A stretch of 64,000 bases of DNA, taken from IMG/VR virus record IMGVR_UViG_3300032294_003343, positions 96,001 to 160,000 of that record; one strand, given 5' to 3'. This document shows positions 9,890 through 19,430 of this stretch, one piece after another. The notes under the pieces are model-generated. The model was not told the DNA's origin. It saw nothing but the letters and a program-made list of their open reading frames with translations, and did not search any database. The stretch is from a virus. The first letter of the stretch is position 1; each line of letters starts with the position of its first letter. The translations under genes and the position numbers were made by a program.

Positions 9890-12340
9890 ATGGCAATTTC
9901 ATCAAAAGTAGAAGAGATAGTTTTAGAACTTACAAAAACGGTGGGTAATATTTACGATGCCTTGAATTATGGTATTGGCAATGTAGATATTCCTGGGTCT
10001 TCAATTTTTGAAATCAACAATTTGCTTTCTATGGCAAATACTGGCTTTCCTTACTTTGGTATTTTAGAAACTGCTCCTTTAGGCTGCGATACGACATATG
10101 ATATTGCTTTTGATCCTTATTATGTTACTGTTAGAAGCGGACAAGTTGCATACAATGGCTCTGTAATAAATTTACAACCACAAAAAATACCACTTAAAAA
10201 AGAATGGTCAAAAAACTACTCAACTGGTGGTTTTGGTGCAAGTTATAAATATGGGGTGACTTTAGGCTTACCAATTTCAGAAGTACAAAAAGCAACTCAA
10301 GTTTGGGCAACTACTGTTAGTGATACTTGTTTAGCTGGAACTTCTGTTCTTTTGGTCAAAGATACTTCAATTGCAATTAATTTGGGATTCCCTATTCAAG
10401 CATTTGTTGGCAATTATCTGATTACATTTTCAAACGTTACCGATGATCTTACTGGATTAATTGTTGACCCTTCATATTATAATGGTGCTTCATTTGGAAC
10501 ATTACCAGCAACATATTATCTTGACAACCCAGTGACATTTTTATTCCAACCAAGAGTTAAATACATAACAGGTTTTCCAATTTTAGAAACTTCTGAAAAT
10601 GTAAATACTTTTGATTATTTTCCACCATTACCTCAAAGCTGGATACCTATCAGTAAAGTTATGGTGAAAAATCCTGAGAATCCAGTAGTTGTTGATTCGG
10701 GCACAGGCTTAACTAGAACTATTGTAGATATGCCCACTGATATATCAACATATCAAATTTTAGGTGATTCTGCTGATAAAAACCTTATAATTCAAAGCTG
10801 TACAGAAGCTAACAATGCTTTGACATCATACAAGACAAACGATTATGTAAGAAATACTGTTTCAGCAGTTTATCGTTATATAAACACTGTGTCCGCAAAT
10901 TCTGGAATGTCAAACAGAGAGCTTTTATCAACACAGCCATTTAGAAAAACAGAATTTTATTCTAAAGGCACTTCTTTTAGTGGTTTAGAAAGATTTGAAC
11001 TTCCTTATAATTTTGCCAGAGCTTATTTTGAAACTATTGGGTCTGACGTGCAACACACCTTTGCAATTTTCAGAGGCGACTTGATTACTTACAACGCAGC
11101 AATAGGAAGCAATAATACAGCTGCTGCAACTGGATTGACTAATACTGTAATACCTTGTTCAAACTATGTTTCTTCATTATCATCAGGCACTCAAATTTAT
11201 GGTGTCACTATAGTTTACAATATTTCAACAGATGAATATGTTGAAAGTATACCAGTGTATAGTAATCTAGTTTCGTCTAATTTTACAAGTAGTAATTATT
11301 TGGTGGAATTAAATTGGTCAGGCGCTGGTATTACTAATCCGCTTTTTTATCATATTTATAAAAAACCACAATTAAGTAGTGATTTGATAGAAAGAAAAAT
11401 CACTAATATTAATGAAATTCAGTACCCGTCATATAATACAATGACAACTATTATAGACGACACTGATTTAGTTCTCAACAATGGTCTGACTGCTTTCAAA
11501 ATTACTCCAAATGAAGATTGTTTTATTGGCGGAGTAACTTTAAAATTAAAATATATTGCTGGTGGGCAATCGACAGGTTCAGGAACTTCAGGCATCTCTG
11601 TTTCAATTTATTCAGCAACTGGTTCTACTCCAACTCCAAATGGAATGATTACCACAGCATCATTAATAAGAAATTCGGATGTAATTCAAGGTACTAACGA
11701 ATATACAGTTAAGTTTAATACTGGAGCAAATTTAGAGCAAGGTACATCTTATTGGCTTATGATAAATAAGCCTTCAGATTTTACTACTGGATTAGGTTCA
11801 ACTAGTTTATTTACTAGAATTATAGCTGGTGGTTCAGGACAAGGATTAACATCTATCAATGATGGGTCGTCATGGACAGGTACAGGTGGAACTGCATATC
11901 ACAAATTCAGAGGCTACCTTGATGATGGTAATATTTCTGGAGAGATATTGAGAAGGGGTGTTAAGCTAACCAACAGAATTGCTTTACAGCCAAGTGCAAT
12001 TTCAGTTTATGTTCCTAATGTAGAAGATTTAACTTCTTCTAATGTTGTGTTCAATGGCTCTACTACTGGTATAGCAACAACAGATGACCAGACAATTAAG
12101 AATGATCTGATTGTTACTGTTATAGCTCAAAATGGCGATAATGGTGAACCAATCACATTAACTACTACAGTTCCAAAAGGTACACTTAGAAACCAAAGAT
12201 TTCCTCTTGGAAATGATTTACAAGTTTTTGATAGAGTCATTGATGCTTATGTTTCTCCAGGAGCTAACTTGACTAGAATAAATAATGGTCCAATTTTATG
12301 GGATATTTATGATCTTATAACTATTGAAACTACACCATAG
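9890..12340 (+). CDS. Virion structural protein (S/T/G-rich, beta-sandwich domains)
   Basis: 816 aa. Shares an AFKITPN..VSI..YW domain with the 4331-9034 protein. Confidence 0.65.
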   Translation: MAISSKVEEIVLELTKTVGNIYDALNYGIGNVDIPGSSIFEINNLLSMANTGFPYFGILETAPLGCDTTYDIAFDPYYVTVRSGQVAYNGSVINLQPQKIPLKKEWSKNYSTGGFGASYKYGVTLGLPISEVQKATQVWATTVSDTCLAGTSVLLVKDTSIAINLGFPIQAFVGNYLITFSNVTDDLTGLIVDPSYYNGASFGTLPATYYLDNPVTFLFQPRVKYITGFPILETSENVNTFDYFPPLPQSWIPISKVMVKNPENPVVVDSGTGLTRTIVDMPTDISTYQILGDSADKNLIIQSCTEANNALTSYKTNDYVRNTVSAVYRYINTVSANSGMSNRELLSTQPFRKTEFYSKGTSFSGLERFELPYNFARAYFETIGSDVQHTFAIFRGDLITYNAAIGSNNTAAATGLTNTVIPCSNYVSSLSSGTQIYGVTIVYNISTDEYVESIPVYSNLVSSNFTSSNYLVELNWSGAGITNPLFYHIYKKPQLSSDLIERKITNINEIQYPSYNTMTTIIDDTDLVLNNGLTAFKITPNEDCFIGGVTLKLKYIAGGQSTGSGTSGISVSIYSATGSTPTPNGMITTASLIRNSDVIQGTNEYTVKFNTGANLEQGTSYWLMINKPSDFTTGLGSTSLFTRIIAGGSGQGLTSINDGSSWTGTGGTAYHKFRGYLDDGNISGEILRRGVKLTNRIALQPSAISVYVPNVEDLTSSNVVFNGSTTGIATTDDQTIKNDLIVTVIAQNGDNGEPITLTTTVPKGTLRNQRFPLGNDLQVFDRVIDAYVSPGANLTRINNGPILWDIYDLITIETTP

Positions 12341-12350
12341 GTTTAGAGCT

Positions 12351-13823
12351 ATGAGAAAAGACATTCTTGCTAGTTCGCTACAAACAGATATTCATGCTTT
12401 TGGTGTTGATCAAACAATCATAGTACCTAGTATTGGAAGTTCAGAATCAGTCCCAAATCAGTACCTATATAAAGAAGCATACAATAATTTTAGTTCTCAC
12501 TTATATGCCCCAGCTTTTGAAACAGGTTATTACGATATCTTTGCCTTATCAAGAGAATTTGGAGAAGATCCTGATTTTAATTTGTCTTTTAATAATATAA
12601 ATACAAATTATCTTTTCTCTATCGATAATTTTAACATGCAAGGTGCTCAAGAATCTGACGCTGGAGAAAGATACGCAGGTGAAGGAGCAAACCCAAACAC
12701 TTTCCAACTAGGACCTAAAGAGTATAATGTTAGTTTTACATATCCTTTTAAAGTTGATAGTTGGGGGTATTTAGATTTTTCATTAGCAGCATTTTTCGAT
12801 TATTGCATACAAGCTTTTCAAGGTAGTCCAACTTCAATTATTGGAAGATTTACCTCAGATAATTCATCTACAATCGCAGCTGGAACTACTCAATTATATG
12901 TAGACAATATTGCAGAATTTATGGGTTTGACAGTTCCTTTTAATGCAAAAATAAAGTCTGATAATAATGCAAACTATGATTTAGTTGAAGTTACAGGGGT
13001 AAATAAAGCAAGTAGAATGCTCACTGTTGTAGCAGGAATCAATGCTGCTATAAGTAGAGATTCATCTTATATTTCAGTAAATCCTCAATCTTTAGGAAAA
13101 GAAGCATCATTCTCTTTGTTTACTTTGAAACAAGGATTATTAAGTGGTTGTTTGGTTGAAAAATTTGCAATAAATTTCAAGCCTGGCGAACAAATTATAG
13201 CATATATAGATTTGAAAGTGCTGAATGTAGACAGAACATATCAAGTTCAAATGTTTAATAATTTCACCTCAATAATTCAAAACTATTTTAAGAAAAAACC
13301 AAGTTATATACTCAATGGTTATAACGTTAGGGTTTATAAAAGTGCTCCAGAATATGGATTATTTGGCTTAGGTACTATGATTGATTCAAAATTATTCAGA
13401 GGCTTTCAACAATCACAATTAGATAGTATTTATGTCACAGAAATTGATATAAGTATTGAAAATAATTTGAAACCAATATTTACATTGAATTCCAAAGGGA
13501 GCGATCCAAAGCAAAATTTCTTTAAGAATTCTCTTCCTTATGGCTATTATTCGGAGGGACGTAAAATATCAGGTTCAATCACTTACACTGGCCCAATAAA
13601 ACCTTGGGCAATGGTTGAATTTTTATCTGGACCAAGCAGCATTAATAATGATGGTATAACTTTTGATATGGGCCCAATTAAGTTAGAATTGCCTGAAGTT
13701 GTATGGTCAACAGTTTCTCAAGAACATTCTAGAATGGATTATCAAAAGAATAAAGTTAATTTTTCAGTGGCAACTCAAAACTATACATTTGACCCAGTAT
13801 TAAAATCAACAGGAAGTTATTAA
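12351..13823 (+). CDS. Tail tube-like protein 1
   Basis: Start moved to ATG 12351. Tube-type motifs SGCLVEKFAINF, VTEIDISIENNL and GRKISGSITY. Confidence 0.55.
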   Translation: MRKDILASSLQTDIHAFGVDQTIIVPSIGSSESVPNQYLYKEAYNNFSSHLYAPAFETGYYDIFALSREFGEDPDFNLSFNNINTNYLFSIDNFNMQGAQESDAGERYAGEGANPNTFQLGPKEYNVSFTYPFKVDSWGYLDFSLAAFFDYCIQAFQGSPTSIIGRFTSDNSSTIAAGTTQLYVDNIAEFMGLTVPFNAKIKSDNNANYDLVEVTGVNKASRMLTVVAGINAAISRDSSYISVNPQSLGKEASFSLFTLKQGLLSGCLVEKFAINFKPGEQIIAYIDLKVLNVDRTYQVQMFNNFTSIIQNYFKKKPSYILNGYNVRVYKSAPEYGLFGLGTMIDSKLFRGFQQSQLDSIYVTEIDISIENNLKPIFTLNSKGSDPKQNFFKNSLPYGYYSEGRKISGSITYTGPIKPWAMVEFLSGPSSINNDGITFDMGPIKLELPEVVWSTVSQEHSRMDYQKNKVNFSVATQNYTFDPVLKSTGSY

Positions 13824-14209
13824 TGAGTATTTTTGTAGATGCTGGAAAAAGATTTGAATTGAAATTAAACTGCAATATCATAAAAAATGATAACGGGGAT
13901 GTTCTTTGCTACAAAATTGATCCAAACGGTGAATGCGAAATATCTTGTGATGTCAAAGGTAGAAACTTTGCTGATATGTCAAATATTATAGAAGACGCAA
14001 CCATCATCAATTCAGTAACAGGCAACCCGCTTCTTAGAACATCTGTGCTTTGCAAAAATATTATAACAAATTTCTTTTCTGTTATTAAGATCATAGATGG
14101 GGAAAATGTTGAAACTTATTATCCAGATCCACATAATGTAAGTATGATCAGATACGAATTGGTTAAAGCTTTATCAAAAAAATGGTTGGAAATGACAGGC
14201 GGAAAGTAA
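13823..14209 (+). CDS. Small protein, tail assembly chaperone-like
   Basis: 128 aa directly after a tube-like gene. The call is positional. Confidence 0.4.
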   Translation: MSIFVDAGKRFELKLNCNIIKNDNGDVLCYKIDPNGECEISCDVKGRNFADMSNIIEDATIINSVTGNPLLRTSVLCKNIITNFFSVIKIIDGENVETYYPDPHNVSMIRYELVKALSKKWLEMTGGK

Positions 14210-15448
14210 ATGCCAGATATTATAAACAATGTTATAAATGGGTTATATCCAGCATCAGGACATAATATTTATGTTAGTGAATTAGCCCCATTTAATAACC
14301 CAAGTTTATATGAACAACAGCTTAAATCATTTGGTGGATTTAGAATTGCTAAAAATGACACATGGTCAAGATCTCATTTATGGGATTTATATCTACTTAG
14401 CGCTAATATGACCAACAGAGTCACCCACTCTTCTAGAAACTTTTTCTATAAAAGATTTTCAAATGAATACAAACCATTATATTGCTCTACATTTAATGAC
14501 AATGCTGGACAAGATGTTTACCAACCCATACAGAATTTTTCTGGATTATCTGTCTTAAATCGTCCAACATTTAGTAATTACAAATACTCTGGAAGTTTTA
14601 CTTTCAACCCAATTTTATCTACAAACATAAATCAACAATATGCTGCTGAAAGTATAATTTATAGAGCATCATATTTTCCACTTTATCCTTTGATTTTTTG
14701 TTCAAGTATTCCTACTCATAAATCTTTTGGACCAGCCTTTTTGAGTAGTTTTCAAATTTCAGTTGATGGTATGGATCAACTTGGAGATGTTGAAATTTCT
14801 TGCGCACTTGTAGGTGGAAGATCCGTAATTTCACCTGATGGTGTAACAGTTTATAGACCTTTTTTGAACAATAATTTGATTTCAATGAAAAACTTAGGCG
14901 ACACAGATTTTGAAAACGAAATCAACAATTTTCAAGACAAATATAGAGTCATAAATTTATCTGACTGCGCATTTCATCCAGGATTATTCACAGGCAAAGA
15001 TGCATTTAAAAATTTTGGACTTGCTGTTCAAAGCGCATATAGTGCAAATACCATGCCCATCCACAAAATAGTAAGCATGTCATTGTCAATCCAACAATCT
15101 ATTGACTTTACATATACCTACCCTGGATATTCTATTGGAACCAATTTGACTGAATTTTTTGATGTTGCGGGACCAAGATTTGCTTCCTTAAGCAATAGAA
15201 AAGTAACGGGAACGATTAAGTTATTCAGTCCACAAAATTATCCATTTATAACTACTAATGCTTCTTCTCTAACATTGTATTTTGGTAGTGTGTTTTTCTA
15301 TACAATGAAAAATGTTGATTGGCAGCAACCAATAATCACCATCAATCCTGGAAGTGGATTCTTTATTGAGTATAATTTTTCCGCAAGGTTGAATGAATTT
15401 ACAGCTTTTAATGGATTGCTTAATTCAAGAGTATCAGAATTTTTATGA
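14210..15448 (+). CDS. Tail tube-like protein 2
   Basis: Motifs GPAFLSSFQISV, IVSMSLSIQQSI and RKVTGTIKL parallel those of 12351-13823. Confidence 0.5.
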   Translation: MPDIINNVINGLYPASGHNIYVSELAPFNNPSLYEQQLKSFGGFRIAKNDTWSRSHLWDLYLLSANMTNRVTHSSRNFFYKRFSNEYKPLYCSTFNDNAGQDVYQPIQNFSGLSVLNRPTFSNYKYSGSFTFNPILSTNINQQYAAESIIYRASYFPLYPLIFCSSIPTHKSFGPAFLSSFQISVDGMDQLGDVEISCALVGGRSVISPDGVTVYRPFLNNNLISMKNLGDTDFENEINNFQDKYRVINLSDCAFHPGLFTGKDAFKNFGLAVQSAYSANTMPIHKIVSMSLSIQQSIDFTYTYPGYSIGTNLTEFFDVAGPRFASLSNRKVTGTIKLFSPQNYPFITTNASSLTLYFGSVFFYTMKNVDWQQPIITINPGSGFFIEYNFSARLNEFTAFNGLLNSRVSEFL

Positions 15449-16035
15449 TGAAAGAATTTATAGAATTTTACGAAAAAGTTAAATCAAACAAAACACATAT
15501 TATTACAATCGATTCTGTAAAGTTTATTGTTCGTGAAATTACTTGGAAAGAAGGCTTACTGATTGATGCAAAATCGTTCAGAAAGAAAGACAATATTGTT
15601 TATCAAAATTCAGAATTTGAAAAAAGAGAAATTTTGAAGATTGCTATTCTGAGAGTATTTGACACCAATACTAATACTGATTACATACCTGATTTTGAAA
15701 CATCATTATTAGAAAAACTTGATTACACAATCATAGAAAAACTTTGGGTCGAATATCAAAATTATCTTTATCTTAACGCCGATGAAGCTAATTTTTACTA
15801 CATTGCAACAAAAAAATATTATAATCCAAATGATACAGAAACATACCCCGTGCCACCCTTAATCGTTGAAATTGATTATATGACACGAGGTTTAGTTTCT
15901 ATGAGTAAAGATGAATTTGCCAATCTTAGTATGAAAGAATTTGAAACAATTCAGTTAATTTTAGCTACTAAGAATGAAGCAAAGCCAGAAAGTGCAGCAG
16001 ATCTTGATATTGATTTAGAAAAAGAAATGCGCTAA
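15445..16035 (+). CDS. Tail assembly chaperone-like protein
   Basis: FIVREITWKE..ILKIAI..LLEKLDY pattern, located after the second tube-like gene. Confidence 0.45.
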   Translation: MMKEFIEFYEKVKSNKTHIITIDSVKFIVREITWKEGLLIDAKSFRKKDNIVYQNSEFEKREILKIAILRVFDTNTNTDYIPDFETSLLEKLDYTIIEKLWVEYQNYLYLNADEANFYYIATKKYYNPNDTETYPVPPLIVEIDYMTRGLVSMSKDEFANLSMKEFETIQLILATKNEAKPESAADLDIDLEKEMR

Positions 16036-16841
16036 AGAGTAAATGAAAGTGTGTTTTTGTATTTATTTCTAACCATTTCAGCAATTGCAGTTCTGTCCCA
16101 TTGATGGAATAAAAAATACTTCTCTCCACTTTCATTACAAACATCTGTTCCATCAAAAAATACATCAACATTATCTCTTTTTATTGCTTCACCTGTAGCA
16201 CAAAAAGTATCAGTATATGGATGGCATAGCATAATATTAGGATTTTGTTTAAATTGTCTGTATAGATATCCCAACATAGCCTGATCTGGAATTACATAGC
16301 TATATCTTCTATTTATTGCTGTGAGAATAAGTGTGCAATAATTTAGAAATGCACTAGTTTTTCCGCCATATGTTCCACCATTGATTACATAAGAATCATC
16401 ATATCTTTCTTTGTTAAAAACTAATGTATTCAAAGTCCATTCATGCCATGCAGCATTACAATCATTTTCTTTTATTTGCATGCCTTCACAAACTAAAAAT
16501 AACTCTTTTTCTGGATGGCTTGCCATAAACTCAAATGGATCTTTTTGAATAATTACATCTCGCATGTCCCATTGCATGCAGTAATCAAAATCTTTACCAT
16601 GTTCACAAATCCAATTGTAATATGCAACATATGTCAAGTTGAAAGGATTCATGTTTTCTTCAACTTCTACTATATAATCGTAGTATTTTCTAAGTTTCTC
16701 TATGTTGCTTTGTGAAACATCATGTACACAAATTAGTTTCTTGAAGTTTTTTTGTTTTGCTAAAGATTGAAGATAAATATCAGCATCAATAGAGTCTAAT
16801 ATTCGATCACCTTGCAAAAAATTAAGCATTAAGTTATTCAT
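16032..16841 (-). CDS. Putative GT-A glycosyltransferase
   Basis: WDMRDVIIQKDPF (DxxD-type motif), VINGGTYGG, PDQA and HQWDR motifs. Confidence 0.65.
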   Translation of the reverse strand: MNNLMLNFLQGDRILDSIDADIYLQSLAKQKNFKKLICVHDVSQSNIEKLRKYYDYIVEVEENMNPFNLTYVAYYNWICEHGKDFDYCMQWDMRDVIIQKDPFEFMASHPEKELFLVCEGMQIKENDCNAAWHEWTLNTLVFNKERYDDSYVINGGTYGGKTSAFLNYCTLILTAINRRYSYVIPDQAMLGYLYRQFKQNPNIMLCHPYTDTFCATGEAIKRDNVDVFFDGTDVCNESGEKYFLFHQWDRTAIAEMVRNKYKNTLSFTL

Positions 16842-16853
16842 AAAAACATTATA
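16839..16853 (-). promoter_or_regulatory. -10 box 6 nt before ATG (leaderless-type)
   Basis: G-TATAAT-gttttt-ATG on the minus strand. Confidence 0.6.
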
Positions 16854-16878
16854 CTCTTTAGAATCAAAAATTATTTTT

Positions 16879-17712
16879 CTATTTATTAAAATTACCAGAT
16901 ATCAATAATTCTTCATAAGTTTTCTTAATTCCAGAATGCAATCCAATCAAATTGATATCAAAAAGATGCAGATTATATTCACCATAATAACTTAATCCTA
17001 AATTTTCTTTTTCAATAATTGTTTCAACATTATAATCAGATAAGTTATTGATAATTGTTGCAATATCAGATAGTTTGTATTTTTGCTGATATGAACAATT
17101 TATAGTTTGTTGTTTTACACTAGCATCGATTGTGAACTTTACAACTTGACATAAATCATCCATATAGAAAAAGTCCATAAATTTATCTTGATGAATTTGT
17201 ATAGGTTTTCTATTTATGTAATTTATTATGTTAGCTTTGATCATTCTAGAAGTAAGTTCATCACTATTGAAAACATTAAATAGTCTTATATTATAAAAAC
17301 CTTTCAATAAAAGTCCAGATTTAGCAATTAAGTTCTTGCTCATTCCATATGGATCGATTGGATGTGCGCACTTCAAATCAGTTGAAAAGTCTATGTTATA
17401 TCTTCGGTCTAATTCTGCACCTGATCCAAATGAAATATATTTATCAAAAGACAAAGAATTATCTAAAATATTTTGATGCATAATACAGTTTTCGTAAAAA
17501 ACAGTATTTTCATCATCTTTAAGTCTACTTCCACCAGTTGTTGCAGTATGAATGACAACATCAAAATACTTGTCTTTAAAAAAATGTTTTACTTCTTCTG
17601 AATTTAATAAATTAAGATTTGATCTATTAGTCAGAGTCAAATTATAATCTTTAAGATTTTTTGCTAAATTTCTAGCTACAAATCCATTTGAACCTGTGAT
17701 CAGGATATTCAT
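16879..17712 (-). CDS. NAD-dependent epimerase/reductase (extended SDR)
   Basis: ILITGSNGFVA Rossmann motif and YGMSK catalytic motif. Confidence 0.85.
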   Translation of the reverse strand: MNILITGSNGFVARNLAKNLKDYNLTLTNRSNLNLLNSEEVKHFFKDKYFDVVIHTATTGGSRLKDDENTVFYENCIMHQNILDNSLSFDKYISFGSGAELDRRYNIDFSTDLKCAHPIDPYGMSKNLIAKSGLLLKGFYNIRLFNVFNSDELTSRMIKANIINYINRKPIQIHQDKFMDFFYMDDLCQVVKFTIDASVKQQTINCSYQQKYKLSDIATIINNLSDYNVETIIEKENLGLSYYGEYNLHLFDINLIGLHSGIKKTYEELLISGNFNK

Positions 17713-19430
17713 TTAATGTCTTCTAAACTTCCAGGAATAATTTTGCCATTTTCATCAATACCTTTTGCAGATACTTTTGGCTCATGAAGTTCCCAAGGAT
17801 CTGTCATCACTTCAATAATTTCAGGACCTGAATGTGAAAAAGTACTTTGTATTAAGTCAAGTTGATTATTGTTCAATATTTGACTGTACTTAATCCCAAA
17901 AGCATCAGATATTTTTTTGAAATTTGGAAGAGTAACTCCTGATGAAGGTTCAGAACCAACTAAATTTCCTTTGAAAAATGAATTTTGTGTAAGTTTGATT
18001 GATAAGTACCCATCATTATTCAGAATAAATATTTTGATTGGTAAATTATGATGAACGACAGTTTGCAATTCTTGCAAGTTCATCATAATACTCCCGTCGC
18101 CTTCTATGCAAATGATAGTTTTATTACATCCATAATAGGCTCCTATTGCTGCAGGAAGACCATAGCCCATTGGAGCAGTACCTTCATTAGAAAAAAGCTG
18201 TTGATTTGATCGCAGCCTTACAGTCTTGTGAAGAACAACATGAGCTGTTCCATCACTAGTAACTATAATGCTATCATCATCAAGAAATTCTTCTAACTTT
18301 TCAGAAAACACATAGGTACTTACATAGTTTTCTAACTTTCTATGTTTATCTAATACAAGTTGTTCTTCAGATCTTTTGAGCTTAATATAGTCCAGCCATT
18401 CTCTTATATCAAAGTTTGCTTCATATGTTTCAAAAAACTCAAAAAAATTCTTTAAATCTAAATTGATTCCAATGAAAGAATCATTTTGATCAAATTTTTT
18501 TATTTCAAAATTATCTACATCTATTACTATTTTTTTAGCATTTGGAGCAAACTTGTTAAGATCGTATCCAATTACTTTAGGATTTAATCTAGACCCTAAA
18601 GATATAATAAAATCAGCTTGTTGAATTATCTGGTTTGATGTTTTTTGCCCTAAGATTCCAATTTTACCAGTGTAAAATTCATAATCATAATTGATAATGT
18701 CTACTGCTGAATGAGGTCCTGATACAACTGGCAACTGATACTTTTGAATAAAATTCTTAAGCTCATTGATGGTGCCAGAAGATTTAATTCCATTGCCTAT
18801 AACAACAACTGGCTTTGATTTTTGAAAATTATCAAAACAACTTTTCAATAATTCTATTTGTTTTGAATTGTCACTTTCATCAAATATTTGAGCAGATTTA
18901 AGAGATTCAACATCAATTTCCGAGGCTTGAATATCAAGAGGTACATCCAACCATACGGGTCCTGGTCTCTTATTAACGCATTCATTCCATGCAGTTTCCA
19001 AATGATATTTAATTTCATTTTTATCATAAACTGTTTCTGCATACTTAGTCATAGTTTTTACTGTATTGACAATATCAAATTCTTGTTGTCCAATTTGTCT
19101 ACATCCAGTATTGATTGACATTTGCTCAGTAGGAACTTGACCAGATATAACTATCATTGGGATAGAATCTTGGTAAGCACACAAAACTCCAGTAATTGCA
19201 TTTGTTCCTCCTGGACCAGTAGTAACCAAAACACAACCAGGTTTACCAGAAGTTCTGAAATATGCTTCTGCTGCCATTGCACAGGCTTGTTCATGGTGAT
19301 TGCAAACGTATCTTAAGCCTGATTTACCAAGTGAATCAATTAAATGCATACAGCCTCCACCGGATACGGTGAAGACTGTGTCTATGCCTTTTTCTTTTAT
19401 AAATTCAAAAATATAGTCTGATAATTTCAT
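17709..19430 (-). CDS. ThDP-dependent acetolactate-synthase-like enzyme (YerE-like sugar branching enzyme)
   Basis: HHEQACAMAAEAY, TTGPGGTNAITG and GDGSIMMNLQEL..LNNDGY motifs, in a sugar-cluster context. Confidence 0.85.
   Translation of the reverse strand: MKLSDYIFEFIKEKGIDTVFTVSGGGCMHLIDSLGKSGLRYVCNHHEQACAMAAEAYFRTSGKPGCVLVTTGPGGTNAITGVLCAYQDSIPMIVISGQVPTEQMSINTGCRQIGQQEFDIVNTVKTMTKYAETVYDKNEIKYHLETAWNECVNKRPGPVWLDVPLDIQASEIDVESLKSAQIFDESDNSKQIELLKSCFDNFQKSKPVVVIGNGIKSSGTINELKNFIQKYQLPVVSGPHSAVDIINYDYEFYTGKIGILGQKTSNQIIQQADFIISLGSRLNPKVIGYDLNKFAPNAKKIVIDVDNFEIKKFDQNDSFIGINLDLKNFFEFFETYEANFDIREWLDYIKLKRSEEQLVLDKHRKLENYVSTYVFSEKLEEFLDDDSIIVTSDGTAHVVLHKTVRLRSNQQLFSNEGTAPMGYGLPAAIGAYYGCNKTIICIEGDGSIMMNLQELQTVVHHNLPIKIFILNNDGYLSIKLTQNSFFKGNLVGSEPSSGVTLPNFKKISDAFGIKYSQILNNNQLDLIQSTFSHSGPEIIEVMTDPWELHEPKVSAKGIDENGKIIPGSLEDIK

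Noticed and set aside
14195-14270. Lambda G/GT-type -1 frameshift at CGGAAAG at the end of 13823-14209
   Set aside because: The site is an imperfect slippery heptamer and the -1 frame closes after about 19 codons. The next gene is in the zero frame with its own ATG.
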